DNA of 64,000 nucleotides from Bdellovibrionota bacterium (GTDB lineage Bacteria; Bdellovibrionota_G; JALEGL01; DATDPG01): NCBI GenBank assembly GCA_963668355.1, contig OY764265.1, positions 800,001 to 864,000 of the forward strand, read 5' to 3'. Shown piece by piece: positions 1 to 9,821 of this stretch (position 1 is its first letter; each line of letters starts with the position of its first letter). The notes under the pieces were generated by a model. It saw only the letters and a program-made list of their open reading frames with translations, ran no database searches and was not told where the DNA came from. The position numbers and the translations under genes were made by a program.

Positions 1-130
1 GACAAATTCCAATCGTTCGAAAAGCATTCATGATGCCCCCATTTGAGCAAAGCTTGTGCCAAAGCCAAAGACCGTTAAATGGCTGTTATCACGTCTTTTT
101 TTGAAAGGCAACGAACCGGATTTGGGACGC

Positions 131-934
131 TTACGTCCGATTTCCGGACACCCCTTCTGAAACGGGGGCTTTGGCATGTTGTGCGGAGGCATCAATGATG
201 AGAAGGGGCAAGATCAATACGTTCAAAATGGGGAGAAAGACGTAAAGGCCCAAACTCGTCAGGTAAAAGAAGTGTTTTCGACCGAGAAGGATCCGATCTG
301 AAATGGACAACTCCTCCGCCGAAAACCCATAATCCATCAAGGCAAACCCAAATAGAAAGGCCGCACATAAGGGGGAAAGGATGCTTCCAAAGAACAGCCC
401 CACCACCGGCAAAAAAGAAAACAGGGCAATGATGAGGGGAATGAGAAAAAGCAATGCGCCCTTTCCCAACTCACGAAGAGCGGCCACACCAACTGAGCGA
501 AGCGTAAACGGCCCCCCCACATCTTTTCCGTCGTTTCGAACGATCTTCATCACGCCCGCAGAAAGGAATTCCCACAAGGTTCCACAAATTAGCGCTGCCA
601 GGACATACCCCAGAATGGCAGCCCCGCCCAAAATCAAGACCTTCACAAGAAACAAGGTCGAGCCGGAAACCAACCCTTCCCAGGCTCGTTTCCACCACCC
701 TCCACTTCGTTCGGTCTCCAAAAGAAATTGGACCGTCTGTTCAAAAGGCAAAAGCTCGAGAAGCTTGACGGTGATCCATTGAAGATGATTCCAGGCCCAA
801 ATCAAGGTACCCATCACAAACATGAGCGTAATGAGGGCCGGAGCCAAGGCCCAAAACCAGAGCGAACGATGCTGACGAAGCATGCGATACCCGGCAAACG
901 GGGATGTGAGGCCTTGAGAGATATGTTTAATCAT
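131..934 (-). CDS. EI24/CysZ-like membrane protein
   Basis: 267 aa, several TM segments, CysZ/EI24-like pattern (PF.GYR at N-terminus, PVVG, F.LMDY). Confidence 0.65.
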   Translation of the reverse strand: MIKHISQGLTSPFAGYRMLRQHRSLWFWALAPALITLMFVMGTLIWAWNHLQWITVKLLELLPFEQTVQFLLETERSGGWWKRAWEGLVSGSTLFLVKVLILGGAAILGYVLAALICGTLWEFLSAGVMKIVRNDGKDVGGPFTLRSVGVAALRELGKGALLFLIPLIIALFSFLPVVGLFFGSILSPLCAAFLFGFALMDYGFSAEELSISDRILLGRKHFFYLTSLGLYVFLPILNVLILPLLIIDASAQHAKAPVSEGVSGNRT

Positions 935-942
935 AAGAGCTT

Positions 943-976
943 AAAAAAAAGGGGTGAAGAATCCTTCACCCCTTTT
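943..976 (-). terminator. Rho-independent terminator after the OMP gene
   Basis: Stem aaaaggggtgaag/cttcacccctttt with an A-run on + (T-run on -), 22 bp past the stop at 998. Confidence 0.75.
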
Positions 977-997
977 AATTCCATTCAACTGATTGGA

Positions 998-1522
998 CTA
1001 GAAATTATAGTCAAATCCAACTTTGAAAATGTCCAGAGCCAAAACGTCCAGAGCATCTCCAAGACCAAACATATAGTTGATGTCAAAGTCATAGCGGAGA
1101 CTCATATTCTCCACACCGATGGCATCGCCCAAGTTCCAGGCCATTCCCAAGCCAGCGGTCAAACCAATGTCTTGGTTGCCACGAAGATGCACGGGCAAAT
1201 CGACGCGGACATAAGGATTCCATCTTTCGAGGGGCATCCAGTGATATTGCAGTCCAGGAGAGAGTTGGAACTGACGAGTCGTTCCCGTTTGCTTTTCGAC
1301 ATCAAAAGCCACGCGAAGACCCAAATTCACATTCTCATTCATCCAATATCGGCCATCCACACCCAGGTTTAAATTGGCGCGCTCTCTCAGACTATTTCCA
1401 TCCACATACAAGCTATAGGGCATCGCAAAATCAACACCCAGTCTCAAAGGTTTTTCTCGCTCGGCAAATGCGGGCGAAGCCATCAAGGCCACTAAACCCA
1501 ACGTTAAAACAATTTTTTTCAC
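998..1522 (-). CDS. small outer-membrane beta-barrel protein
   Basis: Signal peptide (MKKIVLTLG..AFA), alternating amphipathic strands, C-terminal FDYNF, GGGAGG SD before GTG. Confidence 0.75.
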   Translation of the reverse strand: MKKIVLTLGLVALMASPAFAEREKPLRLGVDFAMPYSLYVDGNSLRERANLNLGVDGRYWMNENVNLGLRVAFDVEKQTGTTRQFQLSPGLQYHWMPLERWNPYVRVDLPVHLRGNQDIGLTAGLGMAWNLGDAIGVENMSLRYDFDINYMFGLGDALDVLALDIFKVGFDYNF

Positions 1523-1599
1523 TTCAATCCTCCCAAAAAATTTTAAGTAACTCTTGGAGCGTAGCCTACCAAGGGGTGTAGGAAAGGCAACTCCCCTTA

Positions 1600-3798
1600 T
1601 CAGGTTTTCCTGGATTGCTCCTCCGAGATGCGCTTCTCGTGAGCCAGGTCCAGAGCGACTTTGGCTTTCACAAAACTGGGATGTAAGCGAACGGCTTGAG
1701 AAAAATGACGCTCAGCCTTTCGCCAATCGTTTAGGTACATGGCAATTTGTCCCCGATAGAATCGCAATTGATGGTCTGAAGGATCATTTAGAATGGCTTC
1801 GTCCAACATTTTGGAAGCTTTTCCAGAATTGGTTTTCTTTTCTTGTTGGAAAAGCGCCCAAGCCAAATAGCCCTGAACGGATCGATTCTCAGGATACATT
1901 TGGCTGGCTAAGGTCAATCCCGAAATCGCTTTCTGCATATTTTCCATTTCCAAATCTCGGATGCAAACCAACAGCTGACGCTCAAGTTCAATTTGAGGCT
2001 TTGTTTTGTTTTCTGTTTCAGCTTTTTTCTCACGACGCGAATAGAGTTTTTTTAGATTCGGATCTCGCAACGTATCAAATGCCAATTTGAGCCAAGAGTG
2101 AATTTGCTGAACTTTTTCTCGAACTTCTTTGTCATCAATGTCTTCAATGTCATGCGAAGCGTATCGGGAAACACGCTCCATATGCGCACGCGTAATTTCA
2201 GCTTCCGTCGCATCTTCTTTGACGCCAAACAATTCATAAAAATTCAAACTTCGAAGCCTCTCAAAATCTTCTTTGATCCAACGCCGCAACAAATCCAAGA
2301 CCTTCTCAGATTCCGGAGAAAGAGCTCTTGGCTCCTCCTTCAAGGTGGATTTAAATTCTGGCGCACTCACATCCGCGATATTGGAGAAATCCAGCGTGAC
2401 CCATCCGGCAATCACCATCCCATAGATCAAAGGAAGCAGCTCGTTGACGGAAAGCTGCAATTTGGCCGAAAGCTTTCGCACGGTTTGAGGCGTTGCACAC
2501 CGCTTCAAAATTTCCGGAATAATCGGGCGAACCCCCGCATCAGCGGGAGGCAAAGCGATTTGACGAATGGCGGTTTCCTCGTCGAGGCCCATCCAAGCCC
2601 CAATAAGCGTTGAATCATACCAACGAGAAATTCCCTGAAAGGTGATCCGATAGGGCTTTAAGGGAAGAATCGAAATCGTCGGAGGCCAGTCTGTTCCTGG
2701 AATGAACTCGAATCGACCGTCAAACCACGAAAACATATTCAGTAGCTTTTCTTCATGATGCTCCACAAATGCCTGAGCCAAAGTGGGAGAATCCAACATT
2801 CCTCCCTGCACCATGATCTCACCATGATGCAAGTCGCTTTGAGCCAGCTCCTCCAAAGACTCTTCGAGATCCATCGGCGTAATTTTTCCCTTACGCACCA
2901 AATACTGTCCCAAGGTTTCCGTACGCAAATTGGATTCAACAAAAACTGGATTTCCGTCTTTGATGTACACCAATTTGGTTACCCCTTGGCGTTCAATCAA
3001 AAGCGTTCCGGTTTGTTTTTCCTGAAGAAACCCGAGAACCAACTCAGGAACCAAATAGTCTTTCAGCGAACCCGAAGGGGGAATTTTTTCCACACGTCGT
3101 CTTTCGGGTCGAGAGCGGTGAGTCTCCAATCTCGAAATATAGTGATCCAGCCGAGCCTTAGCTTCTGAATTTAAGTCCACAAACTGCACACCCAAGCCCG
3201 CCGCACGACCTTTCTCTTCCGCTTGCTTGGCATCCAGGCGATAGGCGACTTTTCCTTCCACCTCAATGGGCTCATCAATTCCCGCGATTTCCAGCTGAGC
3301 CTTGATGGTTTGGCCGGGTTCGAGTCGCTGCGTGGTGGCCAAAAACATGCCCCCTCGACTCAAGTTTTCCGTGTACTCCGTCAGGAAATCCTGGCCGGAT
3401 TTGAATCGCACGCGGTGATAGACCTCAAATCGCTCCTCCAAAGCCCGAGGCGCTTGGGATAGTTGGGCGCGCATCTTCGACACAAACCGCAAATAAGTTT
3501 CCGGAGCGGCTGAAAGCTCAACGCCCATCCCGCCCCTTGCGGTAGGCTTCTCTTGGGGGCGAGGCGTCGAACTCCAAACCACGCGTCCCTGAATTTCAAT
3601 ATTGCTCTCTTTATCAACCTGAATGGGAATCGAAATGAGGGCACCAATGGGAAGAGGGTTGTCGGTTTTCACGAACATGCCAACTTCCGAAAAATTATAG
3701 AGAATTCCCTCGGCCTCTCGACCCTCCCCACGGAACCGAACCACGGCTCTCCGGTTGATTCTGGCGATTTTTCTTCTTTCTTGCTTACTTTTGGACAT
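1600..3798 (-). CDS. PilZ-PilZ-DUF4388-J-like-TPR multidomain protein
   Basis: NFSEVG and NLSRGG PilZ motifs; GSL..Y.VPEL and TG.L DUF4388-like segment; FYELFGV J-like start; C-terminal TPRs. Start taken at MSKSKQ. Confidence 0.75.
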   Translation of the reverse strand: MSKSKQERRKIARINRRAVVRFRGEGREAEGILYNFSEVGMFVKTDNPLPIGALISIPIQVDKESNIEIQGRVVWSSTPRPQEKPTARGGMGVELSAAPETYLRFVSKMRAQLSQAPRALEERFEVYHRVRFKSGQDFLTEYTENLSRGGMFLATTQRLEPGQTIKAQLEIAGIDEPIEVEGKVAYRLDAKQAEEKGRAAGLGVQFVDLNSEAKARLDHYISRLETHRSRPERRRVEKIPPSGSLKDYLVPELVLGFLQEKQTGTLLIERQGVTKLVYIKDGNPVFVESNLRTETLGQYLVRKGKITPMDLEESLEELAQSDLHHGEIMVQGGMLDSPTLAQAFVEHHEEKLLNMFSWFDGRFEFIPGTDWPPTISILPLKPYRITFQGISRWYDSTLIGAWMGLDEETAIRQIALPPADAGVRPIIPEILKRCATPQTVRKLSAKLQLSVNELLPLIYGMVIAGWVTLDFSNIADVSAPEFKSTLKEEPRALSPESEKVLDLLRRWIKEDFERLRSLNFYELFGVKEDATEAEITRAHMERVSRYASHDIEDIDDKEVREKVQQIHSWLKLAFDTLRDPNLKKLYSRREKKAETENKTKPQIELERQLLVCIRDLEMENMQKAISGLTLASQMYPENRSVQGYLAWALFQQEKKTNSGKASKMLDEAILNDPSDHQLRFYRGQIAMYLNDWRKAERHFSQAVRLHPSFVKAKVALDLAHEKRISEEQSRKT

Positions 3799-3896
3799 TT
3801 TTCTAAAGAAACGGACGTTCAGAAACGGTAACTCTTTCAAACTGAAATGTCAGTATTTACAACGCCTCCAATTCGGTTAAAGTCCCCACCTCAAAC

Positions 3897-3988
<92 letters not shown>

Positions 3989-3989
3989 A

Positions 3990-4025
3990 AAGAAAGCCCG
4001 TGATTTCAATCGCGGGTTTTCTTTT
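3990..4025 (+). terminator. hairpin/terminator after tRNA-Ser
   Basis: agaaagcccgtgat-ttca-atcgcgggttttct followed by ttt. Confidence 0.6.
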
Positions 4026-4126
4026 GGTCGGAGGAGCGTAAAAAATATTAAAGTTTGACGGGGGCCTACCGAAGGTGGGCAGACAAACTTTCCCCTCAGG
4101 GATCTATGGACGAAAGTCCATGAGGA

Positions 4127-4141
4127 CCTCCTCCTCCGCCA
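4127..4141 (+). repeat. 15-bp direct copy of the tRNA-Ser 3' end (att-like)
   Basis: cctcctcctccgcca identical to 3974-3988. Confidence 0.75.
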
Positions 4142-4675
4142 TTTTTCATTTCGGCCCTTCCGGGCCAGGACACACCACGGGTTTTTCCCTTTTTTTTTGA
4201 AAATTTCGGCGCCCTGCCCCCGTTTCTCGCACACCTGTACATCTCCCCCCATCAAAATGAGGGCGTCTTCTATTGTGCCTATGTGCCTCTTTCTACCGCT
4301 TCCGTATATTCCGCATCCACTAAATAACTCTCGTCACTGATCTCTACATCAGCGTACTCCTCTGCTCCTTGAACGCCTTCAGCCTGCTTTACCCAGCTCG
4401 GCGGCCCCGTGGCGCGCTCCTCCCTCGTCAAGAAGTCGCCTAAACCGAAGACTCCTGAAGACATGGCGCTAGAGCGTTGTATCGAGCAGTGTCGGGCGAT
4501 GTATCGGAAGAAACCGAAGCCAGAAGGGGGCTAGCTGGCGGCCCTACAAAGTAGCTGAGAGTATCTATGGACTCGACTCTTCTGTGCCGTCTTCTTCTTC
4601 AGGTTCCGCGGACTGGCTACAAAGAAGGTTCTTCTCCGTCCAAAGGTGTTTCGTATATCCATCAAATACCCACAT

Positions 4676-4738
4676 AAATCAGGGGACGCCCGACGCTATC
4701 CGATTAGCAAATGGATACAGTCGGGCGTCCCCTGATTT
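4676..4738. repeat. 63-bp palindromic element, copy 1
   Basis: Perfect 19-bp inverted arms aaatcaggggacgcccgac/gtcgggcgtcccctgattt. Confidence 0.9.
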
Positions 4739-4832
4739 CGATTCAAACTCCCAGAAAGGGGTTCGAAACCAAAACACAAAAATTGCCATTTTGCGTCATT
4801 TTGATATAGGTCTGCCCGATCTGGAGGTATTT

Positions 4833-6029
4833 ATGAAAATTGGTTCTGTGCGCCCTTCTTATTTGAATCTGGCATTTAGCGTTCTTATTTCGACTCTCCT
4901 CTTTGCAATCTCCACCAACGCTTGGGGAAAAGATTTTAGAATTAATTTGTCAAAGAAAGCCGTCGTCGCGGTCGAACCTACGGACAGTATGTTTGAACCT
5001 ACAAATATTCGCAGTGGAAGCGGCTTTTTTGTGGAGTTCGATGATTCGATTGTCCTCGTAACTAACTATCTCCGAATGCAAGGAAACCGTTTTCTCTGGG
5101 TGGAATTAGAAAACGGTGATCACCTCCAAGCAACTCATCTCAGATATGATCCCTACTGGGGAGTTTTGCTAGCCCTCGTCAATCGAATTGATGAAAATGA
5201 CGTTCAGCCACTTCACCTAGCAGAACCAACCTCAACGGCATTTTTGAATTCCGGCGACCGCGTGGAATTCGTTTGCGGAAAAGCAATTCAGAAAGCACGT
5301 TATGTTCAAGGTCATGTCCTCCCAAAAAGCTCTTCGCGGACTGGAACGCAATCGGCCCTCCTTGCTTCCACAGGTTCCGAGCCTACTCGTTACTTCGGCG
5401 GTGGACCCGTCTTGAATAAACGAGGAGAAGTCTTAGGAATGACATTGGATCGGATAGACACCGCCCTTGATCCAAACTCCGAAACAAAAGTCGTCGTGAC
5501 TTCAGAAGTTTTAAGAGACTTTTTGAGTCGTATTGATGCGGAGCCAGGTAAATTCGAAGATGCGTTTATTCCGATTGAAAACTGGTATGAGGTCTGGGCA
5601 AGCAGCGAAGCAGGCAAAGAGTGGCAGACTCTCCAAGATAGCCTCGTTTTGGGATCGAGCACCTATGTTGATTTCTTCGAATCAGTTCCAGATACCATTC
5701 GCACGCCCCGCGTTCTATTAAGTTATTTCTACGCTCAAAATAAAACGGACGAAACTGAAGAAGAACAAATCAAAACACTCGAAGAAGTCTTTAAAGCCCC
5801 CACTTCAACAGTTTTGGATTTTCTCCTTGTAGAAGACACTCTTGTGAATCTCGGTATCCTGGAAGCAAGCTCCGGAGATATCTGGAAAGCACGTGCATGG
5901 TTTCACACTTTAAATCTCAAAGCACCGAATAGTCCAAAAACTGAGTACTTAGAACGCGCGATTCAAGTAGCACAAGCTGGAGGAGAAAAAGAGTTGATAG
6001 AAAAGTTTCTTGAGTGGCGTACTCGGTAA
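4833..6029 (+). CDS. secreted trypsin-like (HtrA-fold) protein lacking the catalytic triad, C-terminal helical/TPR-like region
   Basis: GGAGGT SD then ATG at 4833; signal peptide; GSGFFV, VTNYLR and FGGGPVLNKRGEVLG motifs. Confidence 0.7.
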   Translation: MKIGSVRPSYLNLAFSVLISTLLFAISTNAWGKDFRINLSKKAVVAVEPTDSMFEPTNIRSGSGFFVEFDDSIVLVTNYLRMQGNRFLWVELENGDHLQATHLRYDPYWGVLLALVNRIDENDVQPLHLAEPTSTAFLNSGDRVEFVCGKAIQKARYVQGHVLPKSSSRTGTQSALLASTGSEPTRYFGGGPVLNKRGEVLGMTLDRIDTALDPNSETKVVVTSEVLRDFLSRIDAEPGKFEDAFIPIENWYEVWASSEAGKEWQTLQDSLVLGSSTYVDFFESVPDTIRTPRVLLSYFYAQNKTDETEEEQIKTLEEVFKAPTSTVLDFLLVEDTLVNLGILEASSGDIWKARAWFHTLNLKAPNSPKTEYLERAIQVAQAGGEKELIEKFLEWRTR

Positions 6030-6156
6030 ACAAAACAACTCGAGCAAAAAACACTTAAACCCCGTAGCAGATTGAATCTATTTCTTTCTTATAATGCTGA
6101 TACCTTCCTGTTTTCTCTGTTCTTCCCTCAGGGTGTAAGGTCGCAATAAATCACTA

Positions 6157-6219
6157 AAATCAGGGGACGCCCGACTGTATCCATTTGCTAATCGGATAGC
6201 GTCAGGCGTCCCCTGATTT
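6157..6219. repeat. 63-bp palindromic element, copy 2 (inverted relative to copy 1)
   Basis: Reverse complement of 4676-4738 with one mismatch. Confidence 0.9.
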
Positions 6220-6400
6220 GAACAAAAAACAAGAAACTCATGTATTGGCCACTTCCAGAAAGTAGGTACGGGGAGTGTCCCGTACTTCTCTGGGACCGAT
6301 CAGGATGCTTATTAGACGACCGTTTTGTGGGCGACGAATTTGACGAAGGAATGGCGAGACGAGATGACGATATTCTTCGTCGTGGGTAATGAAAATGATA

Positions 6401-6445
6401 TGTATTTTTACATAAACCTATCAACTAAAATTATGTAAAAATACA
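6401..6445. promoter_or_regulatory. candidate operator upstream of mobile mystery protein A
   Basis: Perfect 15-bp inverted repeat tgtatttttacataa-N15-ttatgtaaaaataca; a related half-site ttatgtaataata at 6464-6476. Confidence 0.6.
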
Positions 6446-6481
6446 CTACAATTATTCTGGTATTTATGTAATAATAAATAA

Positions 6482-6934
6482 GTGAAATCAAAAAATAGAT
6501 GTAATTTAGCTATCTTACAGGCTGATCGACGAGCGAAGGCCTTAACCAGGTTAGCTAAACATGCTCAGATCCGCACAGGCTGGATTTCATACATGCGTAA
6601 CGTTCTAGGTATGAGACTTAAGGATCTCGCGGGTAGAGCTGGCATAGCGACTCCAACCGCAGCCCAGGCCGAACGTAGAGAGGCTGACGGAAAAGTAACC
6701 CTCGAGACTTTGCGAAAAATGGCCCATGCGATGGACTGCGATCTGATCTATGCTTTCATACCTAGAAAGAGTGTGCGCACCATTTTGTTTGAAAATGCCC
6801 TGCAAAAAGCGAGTCATATTCTTTCGCGCGCAGATACGCATATGACGTTGGAAGACCAAAAAGTTAAGGTAGATAAGAAGAATCGTGTGCGCCGATTGGC
6901 TCAGAAACTAATCGATGAAAGTGACGTGTGGTGA
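6482..6934 (+). CDS. mobile mystery protein A (Xre-HTH)
   Basis: GWI..MR..LGM...LA.R.G, E..G.VTL.TL...A.AM.C.L.Y, THM.LEDQ, C-terminal W; overlaps the downstream Fic gene. Confidence 0.85.
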   Translation: MKSKNRCNLAILQADRRAKALTRLAKHAQIRTGWISYMRNVLGMRLKDLAGRAGIATPTAAQAERREADGKVTLETLRKMAHAMDCDLIYAFIPRKSVRTILFENALQKASHILSRADTHMTLEDQKVKVDKKNRVRRLAQKLIDESDVW

Positions 6935-7527
6935 AGAATTTTCTCTTCAAAGACCGAGACGGACAAACCCCTTTGCCCGAAGAATTACAAAAGGGCCTGA
7001 TTCCGAAAAACGTACAAACCATTGGCGAGCTGGACGAATACGAAGAAGAAAACATCACCGAAGGCCTGCGTTGGCTAGCCAATGCGAAAGAAAATGATCT
7101 GACCTATTCCTTTTGGTTGGACTTGCATAAACACTTGTTCCGAAACGTTTGGAAGTGGGCAGGCAAAGTCCGCCAACATGAATTAAGTCATCCAGATTTC
7201 TATATGCCCGGAAAAATATGGCCTGCGCTCAAACAATTAGAAGATGATGCCCAATTTTGGTTTGAGAATGAAAGCTTTCCATCAAAGGAAATTGCCGCTC
7301 GTTTTCATGAACGAATAGAAATCATACATCCGTTCGCCAATGGAAATGGGCGATTTGGTCGAATTCTTACAGAACATATCTGCGAGCAAAGAGGCCTCGT
7401 TATCCCAACATGGGGGAAATCAATGCAAGACGAACCCCAAAAAAGACGAAAAACCTATGTAAATGCACTGTACACAGGTCAACACGATCAAAATTATGAA
7501 CCTCTAGTCGAATTCATGTTTTCGTAA
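6928..7527 (+). CDS. mobile mystery protein B (Fic domain)
   Basis: GQTPL..E...GLIP N-terminus, VWKWAG, Fic motif HPFANGNGRFGR. Confidence 0.9.
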   Translation: MVKNFLFKDRDGQTPLPEELQKGLIPKNVQTIGELDEYEEENITEGLRWLANAKENDLTYSFWLDLHKHLFRNVWKWAGKVRQHELSHPDFYMPGKIWPALKQLEDDAQFWFENESFPSKEIAARFHERIEIIHPFANGNGRFGRILTEHICEQRGLVIPTWGKSMQDEPQKRRKTYVNALYTGQHDQNYEPLVEFMFS

Positions 7528-7761
7528 AAGGGTAACAGGTCGGGTGTAACGGGGTGAACTCGAATGAACTCCTGTGATATCGCAGGTGAGTTATCTGTTT
7601 GTTATTGTTGCTTTTGCCAAAGAAACCGAGCTGTTATGTGTTCACCCTTTCAATCCCTCCTAACGATAAAACCCTAAACCTTAATCCTTAGCTCTCACAA
7701 CTCCGATAGCACGAGCCCTGTTTACTCATCGCGCTAAGTATCGCGTCACCTGAATTTGCTT

Positions 7762-9564
7762 CTAACTGGGGCCAACCTTTGAAAAGTCGACGGTGAAGTT
7801 TCGGTATTTTTTGCTTCGGCCGTGGTTGTAATGTTTTCCAAACAGCCGATAAGCCATTTTCGCGTATTGACGATGACGCATGATGAACCGTTGCTTTGAC
7901 GTCACATCTTCATCAACCCACATGACTGTCTGCACGAGAGGCGTAAATCCATTTCGAGCCAAATACACAGGCATATGAGGACGCTCATTCACACTGTCAT
8001 CAAACCAACCTGGGATTTCTACATCCCAAGGCTCGTTAATCGTGCCATCGTCGGTGTTTTCAAACCACTTTCGCTCTCCACCAAGTTCGAATTGGTGTTC
8101 TCTTGAGCACATCACGGTCGATTTGTCGTTATTGCGCAGATGAAGATACGTGTCATGGAAGCGTAAATCCGCGTTGCATGCGTATCTTTCCTGGAACACC
8201 CAGCGAGGAGGATTGACATACGCATATACGCCAAAGCCCGGTAAATTTTGATGGGTTCTTCTTTCCAGCTCTTGAGACAACTCCCCATCATCACTGTAAT
8301 AGATCCTCGTCACCTGTGTGGTGTTGAAATCTTCTGCATGATTCAACGTATAAATGAACGTCGTCGGATCTAAACAATTGTCATCCGTACTCGTACACAT
8401 ATTGAGCCAACTGGGACGACTGTACTCGTTCGATGAGTTTACGGGATAAATCGACAATCTCGCTTCATGCATGAAGTAGCCTCGTGCATCCACATCATCT
8501 TCCAACATACGATCCGGAACATCAAAGCCGCCCTTATTTAAGGTGAAAATTCGTAAATATTTTTTCTCGGTTGCCGAATCCCAAGTCAATTGAATCTTAA
8601 AATGAACATTGTTCCGAAAATCCTGCCACTCATCTTGATCGGGCTTCCAGTAGGTCTTTTTCCAAGGTTTTATGGTGTAAGAGCGATACACATGACTGGG
8701 AAGCGATTCCTCGGGATAGCCCCCCCTAAAAACTTCTGAATATAACCCTCGAACATTCGGCATCGATAGCCGTGAGGATTCTTCATCTCCCTCAAGAAGC
8801 GTGCCTTCTTCCTCAGCTTCATCTTCCTCCGGATTATCTACTTCTGAAATCCCATCCACCCCCAACGTAAACAATGTCACCGCATCAGGATCCTCGCTCG
8901 TAAGGTCTGGAATTGCCATCGTGACCTGAGAGTTCACTCCAATCCCTAACATTGAAGCCATTTCTTCCGCATATTGGGAGGCCGTGCTCTGCCCCCAGGC
9001 CGCATTGAAATCGTCTAGAACGGCATCATTCTCGAAAAAAGCTGGGATTCCCTGACCAAAGGCCTCCTCCAATAGAGCCACCACGCTAGTAAGGTCTTGA
9101 GGAAGAGCGTTCGTGTTGATGAGCACGCCATTGGCTAGAGCTAAAAAAGATCTAAAAGCGGCCATATTTCCAGCAAAGTTCTCTAGCACATACTGAGTTA
9201 AATCTTCGATCACCACAGTCGAAAAGAGATCGCCCAATTCCCCAAAAACAGGAGAGAGTTCGCTCCCAATGACAATAAAGGGCTGCAAAGAATCTAAGCT
9301 AAGGTTGGTTCTTCTCAATGGATTCAGTCGGCTGTTTACGTCTTCTCGGTCATCAGCATCTTCATCTTCGGGGTCTACGTCATCCTCGTCTTCAATAAAG
9401 GCCGCCGAAATGGCGTTTTGAATTTCCGTTGAAAGCTCTTCTGAGGTCAACACCTGGCGATCTTCCGAAGCCTCGGGGGCAGCATAGGGGTCTGTTCCTT
9501 CAGAAGACTCCCCACAAGCAGCGAACAACATCGCAGCCATCAACAAAACACATCTCAGGAACAT
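7762..9564 (-). CDS. acidic lipoprotein with possible leukocidin/cytolysin-like C-terminal domain
   Basis: GGAGGA SD, lipobox LFAAC, D/E-rich N-half; beta-rich C-half ending FTVDFSKV. Confidence 0.55.
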   Translation of the reverse strand: MFLRCVLLMAAMLFAACGESSEGTDPYAAPEASEDRQVLTSEELSTEIQNAISAAFIEDEDDVDPEDEDADDREDVNSRLNPLRRTNLSLDSLQPFIVIGSELSPVFGELGDLFSTVVIEDLTQYVLENFAGNMAAFRSFLALANGVLINTNALPQDLTSVVALLEEAFGQGIPAFFENDAVLDDFNAAWGQSTASQYAEEMASMLGIGVNSQVTMAIPDLTSEDPDAVTLFTLGVDGISEVDNPEEDEAEEEGTLLEGDEESSRLSMPNVRGLYSEVFRGGYPEESLPSHVYRSYTIKPWKKTYWKPDQDEWQDFRNNVHFKIQLTWDSATEKKYLRIFTLNKGGFDVPDRMLEDDVDARGYFMHEARLSIYPVNSSNEYSRPSWLNMCTSTDDNCLDPTTFIYTLNHAEDFNTTQVTRIYYSDDGELSQELERRTHQNLPGFGVYAYVNPPRWVFQERYACNADLRFHDTYLHLRNNDKSTVMCSREHQFELGGERKWFENTDDGTINEPWDVEIPGWFDDSVNERPHMPVYLARNGFTPLVQTVMWVDEDVTSKQRFIMRHRQYAKMAYRLFGKHYNHGRSKKYRNFTVDFSKVGPS

Positions 9565-9821
9565 TCTCTCCTCCTTGCCTAAAAAAACCGACCCTCTGTA
9601 AAACTTCAGAAGTAATTCGATGAGTATCAAATTAGAACCCACTTCCCCTAAAATGCAATGTCACAGGCCATCAAATATTGGCCCTCTTCAGAGAGGGTGC
9701 CCATTCTCAACAAAAAGGAACTCATCAAAATGAAGAGGGGTGTCGGGCGTCCTCAAGATTTAGGAGATGTAAGAGCCCTAGAGGAACTGCAATGAAACGT
9801 ACAAAGAGTTAGACAACAAGG

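Noticed and set aside
4100..4130. Hammerhead-like ggac-gaaa-gtcc-atga-ggac
   Set aside because: No CUGANGA core.
4256..4560. Small ORFs or a gene remnant after the att-like repeat
   Set aside because: Frames are short or interrupted and show no recognisable motif.
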